In this document: piece after piece, positions 10,418-19,315 of the stretch | Layout: each line of letters opens with the position of its first letter | Numbering within the stretch: position 1 is the first letter of the stretch | Assembly (NCBI GenBank): GCA_040751795.1 | Contig: JBFMHR010000002.1 | Span: 192,001 to 256,000 of the forward strand | Origin: Thermoplasmatota archaeon | Lineage (GTDB): Archaea > Thermoplasmatota > Thermoplasmata > UBA10834 | Length of the DNA: 64,000 bases | Direction: 5' to 3' | Notes under the pieces: model-generated | What the model saw: the letters and a program-made list of their open reading frames with translations, nothing else | Database searches by the model: none | Told to the model about the DNA's origin: nothing | Position numbers and translations under genes: made by a program

Positions 10418-12124
10418 ATGGATCCTCAGGAGGTGCTCTCCCTCTGCAAGCGCAGGGGGTTCCTGTGGCCGTCTTTCGACATCTACGGCGGCATGGCCGG
10501 GATGTACGACTTCGGCCCGCTCGGCGTGACCCTCAAGAACAACATCGAGAACCACTGGAGGCGGCTCTACGTCCTCCAGGAGGGCTTCGTGGAGCTCATG
10601 TGCCCGCTAGTGTCGCCCGAGCCCGTGTTCAAGGCATCGGGGCACCTGGACACGTTCTCCGACATGTACGTCGAGTGCACTAGGTGCGGCGAGACGTACC
10701 GCGCGGACCACCTGGCGAAGGGCCTGCACGAGAACCCGGCGACCCTGGGCGAGGGCGAGCTGGGCCAGCTGCTGCGCGAGAACGGCGTCAAATGCGCGTC
10801 GTGCAGGGGCGAGCTCACCGAGCCGAAGCGCTTCAACCTCATGTTCAAGACGATGGTGGGCGCGGGCAAGGCGAAGCCCGGCTACCTCAGGCCCGAGACG
10901 GCCCAGGGCATGTTCGTCAACTTCGGGCAGGTCTACAGGCTGGGGCGGGAGAAGCTCCCGGTCGGCGCGGTCCAGGTCGGCACGTCGTTCAGGAACGAGA
11001 TATCCCCCAGGCAGGGGCTCATCAGGCTGAGGGAGTTCCACCAGATGGAGGCGGAGCTGTTCGTGGACCCGGACGACAAGACCTGGCCGAGGTTCGACTC
11101 CGTCAAGGGCGAACGGCTGCTGCTGGTCGCCAACACGGGCGAGACGAAGGAGATCGCCCTCGAGCAGGCGGTCAGGGACAAGGTCATCGCGAACGAGGTG
11201 CTCGCGTACTTCATGTGGCTCACGCACAGGTTCGCGCTCGACGTGGGCCTCGACCCCTCCCGGATGCGGTTCAGGCAGCACGAGAGGACGGAGATGGCCC
11301 ACTACGCGTCCGACTGCTGGGACCTCGAGGCCGAGCTCGGGTACGGCTGGGTGGAGCTGGTCGGGGTCGCCGACAGGGGGTGCTACGACCTCTCCGCGCA
11401 CATCAAGCACTCGGACGCCGACCTGACGGCGTTCCAGAGGTTCGACGAGCCCAGGGAGGTCGAGCACGAGGCGGTCAAGGTCAGGTTCGACGTCATGGGC
11501 AAGATGTTCAAGGGCGACACGAAGATGGTCGCCGAGGCGTTGTCCGGCATGCCCGTCGGATCGCTCAAGGGCGTGGAGGAGGTCACCGTCCACGCTGGCG
11601 GGAGGGCCTTCCAGGTTCCATCGGAGTGCTTCGAGGTGTCGATGCGGAAGGAGAAGGTCACGGGGCGGAAGTTCGTCCCGCACGTGATCGAGCCAGCGTA
11701 CGGCGTCGACAGGATACTGTACGCGGTCCTCGAGCACGCGTACTCGAAGTCGGCCAAGGACGGCGAGGAGTATGTCACCCTCAAGCTGAAGGGGCTGGTC
11801 GCCCCGTTCAAGGCGGGCGTGTTCCCGCTCATGGCCAGGGACGGCCTGGACGACGTCGCGTCCTCGATACAGGCATCGCTCTCGGAGGCGGGGATGCACA
11901 CGTACTACGACGACGCTGGCTCCATCGGCCGCAGGTACGCCCGCATGGACGAGGTCGGCACGCCCTGCTGCATAACGGTCGACTACCAGACGAAGGAGGA
12001 CGGCACCGTCACCGTCAGGGACCGCGACAGCACCGAGCAGCGCAGGATTAAGAGGGAGAACGTCGTTCAAGCGGTCGCCAGGCTGGCCTCGGGGGCCGGT
12101 CTGGGGGCCCTCGACGGGCTCTGA
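10418..12124 (+). CDS. glyS: Glycine--tRNA ligase (archaeal/eukaryotic homodimeric type)
   Basis: YLRPETAQG, FRNEISPRQGLIRLREF, MAHYA, SIGRRYARMDEVG. Confidence 0.97.
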   Translation: MDPQEVLSLCKRRGFLWPSFDIYGGMAGMYDFGPLGVTLKNNIENHWRRLYVLQEGFVELMCPLVSPEPVFKASGHLDTFSDMYVECTRCGETYRADHLAKGLHENPATLGEGELGQLLRENGVKCASCRGELTEPKRFNLMFKTMVGAGKAKPGYLRPETAQGMFVNFGQVYRLGREKLPVGAVQVGTSFRNEISPRQGLIRLREFHQMEAELFVDPDDKTWPRFDSVKGERLLLVANTGETKEIALEQAVRDKVIANEVLAYFMWLTHRFALDVGLDPSRMRFRQHERTEMAHYASDCWDLEAELGYGWVELVGVADRGCYDLSAHIKHSDADLTAFQRFDEPREVEHEAVKVRFDVMGKMFKGDTKMVAEALSGMPVGSLKGVEEVTVHAGGRAFQVPSECFEVSMRKEKVTGRKFVPHVIEPAYGVDRILYAVLEHAYSKSAKDGEEYVTLKLKGLVAPFKAGVFPLMARDGLDDVASSIQASLSEAGMHTYYDDAGSIGRRYARMDEVGTPCCITVDYQTKEDGTVTVRDRDSTEQRRIKRENVVQAVARLASGAGLGALDGL

Positions 12125-12144
12125 GAAGGAGAGAAAGAACCGTC

Positions 12145-13467
12145 ATGTCCTTGGACTCCCGGGGGGACCCGCCGGATAGACGAGGCCTCGCGAAGCCCGT
12201 GGATCTGTCAGGCGAGTTCGGCAAGTACATCGGCAAGCAGGTCAGCTACGCCACCCACGGCATCCACAGGTACCCCGCCAAGTTCATCCCCCAGATCCCC
12301 GGGTTCTGCATCCAGTCGTACTCGAAGGTCGGGGACGAGGTCCTCGACCCCTTCATGGGCTCGGGCACGACCCTCCTCGAGTCCTACATGCTGGGGAGGC
12401 ACAGCTACGGGGTGGACATACACCCACTGGCAAGGATGATCGCCAAGGTCAAGACGACGCCCCTGGACCCGGTCAGGCTGAGGGCGGCCGCCGACTCCCT
12501 CCTCTCCGACATCGCCTCGGACCGGGAGGACAACTCCTCCCTGGCGCCCGAGATCCCGAACAGGGACCACTGGTTCAGGCCCGAGGTGCTGGCCGACCTC
12601 GCCACCATCAAGAAGCACGTCTGGGCGATGCGCAGGGGCGACCAGCAGGACTTCTTCAAGATCTGCTTCTCCTCGATCATCAGGAAGATGTCCAACTCCG
12701 ACTCCGACTCCCTCATCCCGGAGGTCACGTCCTTCCGCAAGAAGCTGGACGAGCAGGGGAAGACCTCCTTCGAGGCCCTCCCGAAGTTCGAGAACACCGT
12801 GAAGGGCAAGCTCCTGGACGCCGAGGAGCTATGGAGGATGTCGAAGAACGTCGAGCAGCGCTACCGCGGAGCCCCCTCCGTGGAGATCGTCGGGAAGGAC
12901 GCGAGGGACATATCCCTCGACGACTCCTCGGTGGACCTGGCCGTGACCTCCCCGCCCTACGCGAGCGCGGTCCACTACGTCAGCGTCCACAAGCTGGAGA
13001 TGTTCTGGCTCGACCTGATGCCGGACATGGCCAGGCTGGACGGGCAGGTCGTCGGGACCTCCAGGGCGTACGTGTCCGAGTACAGGCCGTGGGAGCCGAG
13101 GACGTCGATCCCCGAGCTCAGGGACGTGATGTCCGAGCTCATCGAGAGGGAGAAGAAGAGCGCCTACATCGTGTACAAGTATTTCGACGACATGCGCAGG
13201 AACTTCTGCGAGGTCAACAGGGTCCTGAAGAGGAACGGGGCGTACTGCGTGGTCGTCGGCGAGAACACCTTCAGGAAGGTCCGCATCCCCACCTACCGCA
13301 TACTGGCCAGGATAGGCGAGAGGTGCGGCTTCGAGCTCGAGGGGGCCTACGTCTACGACGTCATAAACCGCCACCTCGACATCCCGAGGTGGAACGACAG
13401 CAGGATCGAGAGGGACCACATCCTGGTCATGCGCAGGCGCAGGAAGCCCGCGGACGGGGGCCTCTGA
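12145..13467 (+). CDS. Amino-DNA methyltransferase (probably N4-cytosine; motif I before motif IV), no adjacent nuclease
   Basis: HRYPAKF, VLDPFMGSGTT (motif I), VTSPPY (motif IV), RVLKRNG. Confidence 0.88.
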   Translation: MSLDSRGDPPDRRGLAKPVDLSGEFGKYIGKQVSYATHGIHRYPAKFIPQIPGFCIQSYSKVGDEVLDPFMGSGTTLLESYMLGRHSYGVDIHPLARMIAKVKTTPLDPVRLRAAADSLLSDIASDREDNSSLAPEIPNRDHWFRPEVLADLATIKKHVWAMRRGDQQDFFKICFSSIIRKMSNSDSDSLIPEVTSFRKKLDEQGKTSFEALPKFENTVKGKLLDAEELWRMSKNVEQRYRGAPSVEIVGKDARDISLDDSSVDLAVTSPPYASAVHYVSVHKLEMFWLDLMPDMARLDGQVVGTSRAYVSEYRPWEPRTSIPELRDVMSELIEREKKSAYIVYKYFDDMRRNFCEVNRVLKRNGAYCVVVGENTFRKVRIPTYRILARIGERCGFELEGAYVYDVINRHLDIPRWNDSRIERDHILVMRRRRKPADGGL

Positions 13468-13527
13468 CCCGCCCCGTCGCTACCTTCTTAAACGACGAGC
13501 CGCATCCACTTTCCCAAGGGATGGGAA

Positions 13528-14070
13528 ATGAGAAAGGACTTGCCCCTCGAGCTCAGGGTCTCGAGGCTCACGGTCACGAGCCTCAGGAACCTCTGCGACG
13601 CGAAGAAGCTCACCGGATGGTCGAACCTCCTCAAGGATGACCTGGTGCGGTTCGTCATCGGCAGCATGGACCGCAGGGCGCTGGAGGACTTCCTGACGAC
13701 TCAGGAGGAGATCTACTTCGTCGAGAACATGGCCAAGGCGATCAAGCTCGCCGGGGGGAGGAAGATCATCGACCTCGACCCGGAGAGCGACGACACCATC
13801 GTGAACGCGGTCTTCTCGCTCCGGAGGTCGGACGGGTACGAGGTCTACCACATCCGGTTCGTCAACCAGACCAACGAGGACGTCGACACCTCCTGCGAGT
13901 GCGTCGAGCACAGGGAGAAGGGCTACTTCTGCCAGCACCAGATGGCCGTCCTTGTGAGATGCCTCCAGGAGGGCCTCTTCACCCTCGACCGGTGGAGCGG
14001 CCCCATGACCCCGGAGGCCGAGGACCTCATCCAGGCCAACGTCTTCAAGAAGAAGCGCCCGCGGAAGTGA
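13528..14070 (+). CDS. SWIM zinc-finger protein with N-terminal Rho_N/SAP-like helical motif
   Basis: SCECVEHREKGYFCQH (CxC..CxH); LTVTSLRNLCDAKKLTGWSNLLKDDLV resembles Rho_N/HeH. Confidence 0.7.
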   Translation: MRKDLPLELRVSRLTVTSLRNLCDAKKLTGWSNLLKDDLVRFVIGSMDRRALEDFLTTQEEIYFVENMAKAIKLAGGRKIIDLDPESDDTIVNAVFSLRRSDGYEVYHIRFVNQTNEDVDTSCECVEHREKGYFCQHQMAVLVRCLQEGLFTLDRWSGPMTPEAEDLIQANVFKKKRPRK

Positions 14071-14116
14071 CCGCCCCAACAGGTTTATCTACGCTTACCC
14101 TTTTGTCCAGGATTAG

Positions 14117-16735
14117 ATGGCCCAGTACGATTGGCGCGAGAGCGAGCCCAAGTGGCAGGCCAAGTGGAAGGAGTGGGGGGTACACCGCTTCGACCGCGGC
14201 TCCCAGAGGAAGGTCTACAGCATAGACAACCCTCCCAGGTACGCCTCGGGGAACCTCCACCTGGGCCACGCGTACGGCTACACCGTCATAGACTTCGCCG
14301 CGCGCTACAAGCGCCTCAGGGGCTTCAACGTCTTCTACCCGCTCTGCTTCGACACCAACGGGACGCCGGTCGAGGTCCGTGTGGAGAAGGTCCACGGCGT
14401 CAAGGCCACGGACGTCCCGAGGCAGCAGTTCATCCAGATGTGCGCGGAGTTCGCCGAGAAGTACATCGCCGAGATGACCAAGCAGTTCGAGATGCTGGGC
14501 CAGAGCATGGACCCGAGCATCTACTACCAGACCGACGCGCACTACTACCGCCGGCTCACCCAGATATCGTTCATACGCATGTTCAAGAACGGCCTGGTCT
14601 ACAAGGGGCACTTCCCCATCAACTGGTGCACCCGGTGCAGGACCGCCCTCGCGGACGCCGAGGTGGACTACGAGCACAGGACCACGAAGCTCAACTACAT
14701 CCGGTTCAAGGAGGCGGGGACCGGCAAGGAGGTCCTTATAGCGACCACGAGGCCGGAGCTCCTCTGCACCTGCCTGCTCGTGGCGGTGCACCCCGACGAC
14801 AAGGAGAAGGGCTGGCTGGTCGGGAAGGAGCTGGTCACCCCCGTCTTCGGCAGGAGGGTCAGGGTCATAGCCGACGCGAAGGTCGACCCGGCGTTCGGCA
14901 CGGGCACGCTCATGGTCTGCTCCATCGGGGACAAGGACGACCTGGAGCGCATCATGAAGTACGAGCTCCCGCTGGAGAAGGGCATCGACGAGGACGGGAA
15001 GATGACCGAGCTCGCCGGGAAGTACGCCGGCATGACGGTCCTTGACGCCAGGAAGGCCATCATCGAGGACATGAGGGCCCAGGGCCTCCTGGTGAGGCAG
15101 GAGCCGCTGGAGCAGAACCTCGGGACGTGCTGGAGGTGCAGCACCCCCATCGAGTTCCTCAAGGTCCCCCAGTGGTTCGTCAAGTCGGTCGAGTTCAAGG
15201 AGCAGGTCCTCCGGAAGGTCGACGAGATCGTCTGGAAGCCCGAGTTCATGAAGGTCAGGATCAAGGACTGGGTCGAGTCGCTCGCCTGGGACTGGGTGGT
15301 GTCGAGGCAGAGGTACTTCGCCACCGCAATCCCGCTCTGGGAGTGCGACAGGTGCGGGGACGTGCTGCTCGCGGAGGAGAAGGACTGCTACGTCGACCCG
15401 ACAGCGGCGCCCCCGGCGAAGGCGCAGTGCTCCTGCGGCGGGAGGTACGTGGGCTCCACCGACGTGTTCGACACCTGGATGGACTCCAGCATATCCCCGC
15501 TCTACAACACCTTCTGGGAGAGGGACATGAAGTCCTTCGACAGGCTCTTCCCGATGTCGATGAGGCCGCAGAGCCACGACATCATCAGGACGTGGGCCTA
15601 CTACACGATCCTCAGGTCGCTGCACCTCACCGGGAAGAAGCCATGGGACGAGGTGATGATCCACGGGTTCATCATGGCTCCGGACGGGCGGCCAATGCAC
15701 ACCTCCGACGGCAACGTCATAGACCCGATGCCCCTGCTCGAGAAGTACGGCGGCGACGCGATGCGCTACTACGCCGCCACATGCTCGCTGGGCATGGACC
15801 ACGCGTTCAAGGAGCAGGAGCTGGTCAGGGGCAACAGGCTCGCGACGAAGGCCTGGAACATCATGCGCATGGTCGGGGGCGCGTGCAAGGCGAGGCCGCC
15901 GAAGCCGGCCGCGATGCACCCGGTCGACGCTTGGATACTCAGCAGGTTCGGGAGGCTCGTGAGGGACGTCGAGGGGAGGTGCGAGGCCTACGAGTTCGAC
16001 AGGGCCATGGCCCTCGTCCAGGACTTCCTATGGCACGAGTTCGCGGACCACTACATCGAGCTCGCGAAGCACAGGGCCTACGCTGAGGACGACGGAGGCG
16101 CGAGGTACGCGCTCTACACTGTCGGGCTCGGCCTCCTGAAGATGCTGTCGGTGTTCATGCCCCATGTGGCCGAGGACTCATACCAGCATAACTTCAGGCA
16201 GCACGAGACGCCTGTCAGCATACACGTGTCCCCGTGGCCGGAGGCGCCCCCAGTCGACGAGGCCGCGGAGCGCCAGGGCGAGACCGTGAGGGACATAGTC
16301 GCCGCGGTGAGGGCATGGAAGGCCGCCAAGGGCCTGTCCCTGAACGCACCGATAGCGAGGGTCGAGGTCGTGGGCGCGAAGGCGGCGGAGCTCATCTCCG
16401 GGTCCGAGGGGGACGTCAAGGCGACCCTGAAGGCCGAGAGGCTGGACGTGCTGGAGAAGGTCGCGCTGAAGGAGTCGGTCTCCAAGGTGAAGCCTGTCCA
16501 CTCCAGGCTCGGCCCCGCGTTCAAGCGGGACGCGAAGGCGGTCGCGGAGAGGCTGGCGACCCTTTCCCCAGAGCAGCTGGCCGGAATCGACAAGGGCCTG
16601 ACCGTCGAGCTCGATGGCGGGAGGACCGTCGAGCTCGGGCCGGAGTTCTACGAGGTCGAGAGGCGCATCACGTCGGACAGGGGCGAGCTCGAGTCTGTTG
16701 CTGCCGCCGGCCTGGCCGTGCTGCTCTACCAGTGA
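14117..16735 (+). CDS. valS: Valine--tRNA ligase (archaeal type)
   Basis: DNPPRY, HLGH (HIGH), ATTRPELL editing domain, WVVSRQRY, DTWMDSS, RPQSHDIIRTW. Confidence 0.96.
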   Translation: MAQYDWRESEPKWQAKWKEWGVHRFDRGSQRKVYSIDNPPRYASGNLHLGHAYGYTVIDFAARYKRLRGFNVFYPLCFDTNGTPVEVRVEKVHGVKATDVPRQQFIQMCAEFAEKYIAEMTKQFEMLGQSMDPSIYYQTDAHYYRRLTQISFIRMFKNGLVYKGHFPINWCTRCRTALADAEVDYEHRTTKLNYIRFKEAGTGKEVLIATTRPELLCTCLLVAVHPDDKEKGWLVGKELVTPVFGRRVRVIADAKVDPAFGTGTLMVCSIGDKDDLERIMKYELPLEKGIDEDGKMTELAGKYAGMTVLDARKAIIEDMRAQGLLVRQEPLEQNLGTCWRCSTPIEFLKVPQWFVKSVEFKEQVLRKVDEIVWKPEFMKVRIKDWVESLAWDWVVSRQRYFATAIPLWECDRCGDVLLAEEKDCYVDPTAAPPAKAQCSCGGRYVGSTDVFDTWMDSSISPLYNTFWERDMKSFDRLFPMSMRPQSHDIIRTWAYYTILRSLHLTGKKPWDEVMIHGFIMAPDGRPMHTSDGNVIDPMPLLEKYGGDAMRYYAATCSLGMDHAFKEQELVRGNRLATKAWNIMRMVGGACKARPPKPAAMHPVDAWILSRFGRLVRDVEGRCEAYEFDRAMALVQDFLWHEFADHYIELAKHRAYAEDDGGARYALYTVGLGLLKMLSVFMPHVAEDSYQHNFRQHETPVSIHVSPWPEAPPVDEAAERQGETVRDIVAAVRAWKAAKGLSLNAPIARVEVVGAKAAELISGSEGDVKATLKAERLDVLEKVALKESVSKVKPVHSRLGPAFKRDAKAVAERLATLSPEQLAGIDKGLTVELDGGRTVELGPEFYEVERRITSDRGELESVAAAGLAVLLYQ

Positions 16736-16786
16736 GAGGAGCCTGGCGCGACAGCCTATTATACCCTTAGGGTGTTTTCTCAGACG

Positions 16787-17065
16787 ATGGACCGCAAGGA
16801 CTTCGTCGTCGAGGCGCTGAGGAGCGTCCTGGACCCCCACACGGGCGTGAGCGTCTACGACATGGGCCTCATATCCGAGCTGGTGGTGGGGGACGACTCC
16901 GTCAGCCTGACCTTCATGCCCACGAGCCCCTTCTGCCCCGTCGGCGTCGAGCTCGCGGTCGCGATACGCGACCAGGTCCTCACGGTCGACGGCATAAGGA
17001 AGTGCGACGTCAAGGTCGTGGGCCACGTCAGGGCCGACGAGATCAACAGGGCCCTGGGCGCCTGA
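16787..17065 (+). CDS. DUF59/SufT-like Fe-S cluster assembly protein
   Basis: VLDP...VYDMGLI...TSPFCP. Confidence 0.88.
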   Translation: MDRKDFVVEALRSVLDPHTGVSVYDMGLISELVVGDDSVSLTFMPTSPFCPVGVELAVAIRDQVLTVDGIRKCDVKVVGHVRADEINRALGA

Positions 17066-17066
17066 C

Positions 17067-18464
17067 TCACCTGATGATGTCCATCTTGACGTGCTTGTTC
17101 TGGATGTTGCACCTCTCCAGGTCCTTCATCGCGTAGAAGGCCACGCTCTTGTGGAGGCGGATCTCGCTGCTGCTCCTGCCGACGGTGACGTCGCCGATCA
17201 GGTGCTCGTCGATGTTGGCCTTCCTGGTGATGAACTTGATTAGGCTGAGCATGTCCACCCCGTCCTCCTTGCCGATGTTGAGCCTGAAGGGCACCATGCC
17301 GAATACGTCCGCGTACTCGTCCAGGTCCAGCTGCCTCTTGACCCTGTCCCTGCCGGAGCCGTCGGGGACGTCGTCCGCCTGGATGGTCGTCCTTCCGAAG
17401 TTTTCGATCTGCTTGACGAGGTACTGCTCCTCCTTCGAGACGAACGTGATGGCCTTCCCCGTCCGGCCGGCCCTGGCGGTCCTCCCGATCCTGTGGACGT
17501 AGTCCTCGGGGTTCTCGGGGATGTCGTAGTTGACCACGTGCGTTATGCCCTCGATGTCCAGCCCCCTGGCGGCGACGTCCGTGGCCACGAGTATCTTGAC
17601 CTTCCCGTGCTTGAACCGGTCCATGACCTTCTCCCTGGCGGCCTGGGACATGTCCCCGTGAATGCCGTCGGCCGAGTATCCGTACGCCCTGAGCTTGTGG
17701 ACCAGCATGTCGACCATCCTCTTGGTCGAGCAGAAGACCAGCGTGAGCGGGGGTTTCTCCGTGTCGAGTATCCTGCAGAGCGCCCAGAGCTTGTTCCTCC
17801 TTCCCACGTTGATGTAGCTCTGCTCCGCGTTGTCGACCGTCAGGGTGTCCTGGCTGATGATGACGCTCTTCGGGCTCCTCATGTACCTCTGGGCGAGCTC
17901 CCTTATCGCCTCGGGGAGGGTCGCGGAGAAGAGCATCGTCTGCCTCTGCCTCGGGACCCTCTGGAGGATCCACTCAATGTCGTCTATGAACCCCATGTCG
18001 AGCATCCGGTCGGCCTCGTCCAGCACGACGACCGACACCCCGTCGAAGTTCAGCTCCCCGCGCCTCATCAGGTCCATGAGCCTGCCCGGGGTGCCCACGA
18101 CGACCTCGACGCCCTTCCTGATCTTGGCGACCTGGACGTTGATGGACTGGCCGCCGTATATCGCGACGGTGTTGTGACCGGTGTGCTTGGCGAGGTCGTC
18201 GAAGTCCTCCGCGACCTGCATCGCGAGCTCCCTCGTCGGGACGAGGGCGAGCACCTGGATGTGCTTGTTGGCGGGCAGCCTGCTCAGTATCGGTATCGCG
18301 AAGGCCCCGGTCTTGCCGGTGCCCGTCTGCGCCTGCGCCATCAGGTCGTCCCCGGCCATGGCGATCGGTATGCTCTGCTCCTGGACCGGCGTGGGCTCCT
18401 CCCACTCCAGCTCCTTGACGGCCCTCAGTATCTCCTGGCTCCTGGTGAGCGATTGAAAGTCCAT
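17067..18464 (-). CDS. DEAD-box RNA helicase with probable C-terminal DbpA-type RNA-binding domain
   Basis: AQTGTGKT, PTRELA, DEAD, SAT, ARGLD, HRIGRTARAG. Confidence 0.95.
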   Translation of the reverse strand: MDFQSLTRSQEILRAVKELEWEEPTPVQEQSIPIAMAGDDLMAQAQTGTGKTGAFAIPILSRLPANKHIQVLALVPTRELAMQVAEDFDDLAKHTGHNTVAIYGGQSINVQVAKIRKGVEVVVGTPGRLMDLMRRGELNFDGVSVVVLDEADRMLDMGFIDDIEWILQRVPRQRQTMLFSATLPEAIRELAQRYMRSPKSVIISQDTLTVDNAEQSYINVGRRNKLWALCRILDTEKPPLTLVFCSTKRMVDMLVHKLRAYGYSADGIHGDMSQAAREKVMDRFKHGKVKILVATDVAARGLDIEGITHVVNYDIPENPEDYVHRIGRTARAGRTGKAITFVSKEEQYLVKQIENFGRTTIQADDVPDGSGRDRVKRQLDLDEYADVFGMVPFRLNIGKEDGVDMLSLIKFITRKANIDEHLIGDVTVGRSSSEIRLHKSVAFYAMKDLERCNIQNKHVKMDIIR

Positions 18465-18553
18465 GTTCGCAGTCTTCCTTGTTCTCGGACGGGGCGAGTT
18501 ACTTCTTTAATAGTATTTTAACCCCTACGTCATCTAGGGCGGCGGTGCTTCTT

Positions 18554-19198
18554 ATGGCGGCGACCAGGGTCATGAGGGCCAGGGAGGCCTGGCAGAGGCT
18601 CTACTCCAAGAGGGGCCTCCACTACGGGGGCACGGGCGACCTCTCGCTCCTCGTCCCCCACCTGAAGAAGGGGATGCTGGTCCTGGACGCGGGCTGCGGC
18701 GACGGGAAGACCGCGGAGGCGCTCGCGCGCCTGTGCGAGGTCGTGGCCTGCGACTTCTCCAGGGAGGCGCTCAACTCCCTCAGGTCCCAGCGCGACCCCG
18801 ACAAGGTGGTGGAATTGGTCGAATGCAACCTGCGGAACATGCCTTTTGCACCGGAAAAGTACGGTGCCATCACCTGCGTCCACACCCTGTCGCACATGGT
18901 CGAGAGGGAGCGCGCCGCGGCGGCGGAGCAGCTCTCCGGGCTCCTCGCGCGGGGCGGATACCTCTACGTCGAGGCCTTCGGGCGCGGGGACATGAGGTAC
19001 GGCAAGGGCGAGGAGGTCGAGCCCTCGTCGTTCCTTCGCGGCGACGGGATAATGACCCACTACTTCCAGGAGGGGGAGGTCGGCCCCCTGTTCCCAGGCC
19101 TGGAGGTCGTCACGGAGGTGGGTTCGGTCAGGCGGATCGTCTTCGGCGCGACGGCCGGGAAGAGGGACGTCATCAAGGCCCTCCTGAGGAAGGCCTGA
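18554..19198 (+). CDS. Class I SAM-dependent methyltransferase
   Basis: VLDAGCGDGK, CDFS, LARGG. Confidence 0.88.
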   Translation: MAATRVMRAREAWQRLYSKRGLHYGGTGDLSLLVPHLKKGMLVLDAGCGDGKTAEALARLCEVVACDFSREALNSLRSQRDPDKVVELVECNLRNMPFAPEKYGAITCVHTLSHMVERERAAAAEQLSGLLARGGYLYVEAFGRGDMRYGKGEEVEPSSFLRGDGIMTHYFQEGEVGPLFPGLEVVTEVGSVRRIVFGATAGKRDVIKALLRKA

Positions 19199-19315
19199 CA
19201 CCGCCACCGGAACGTGCTTAAGCCTTCCTCGCAGACGTTGATATCCGTCCTCCGTCATGCCCCCTCAGGACCGCGTCACCTTCGGTGGGGAGCGCCGTCC
19301 AGGAGGGAGAACAGC

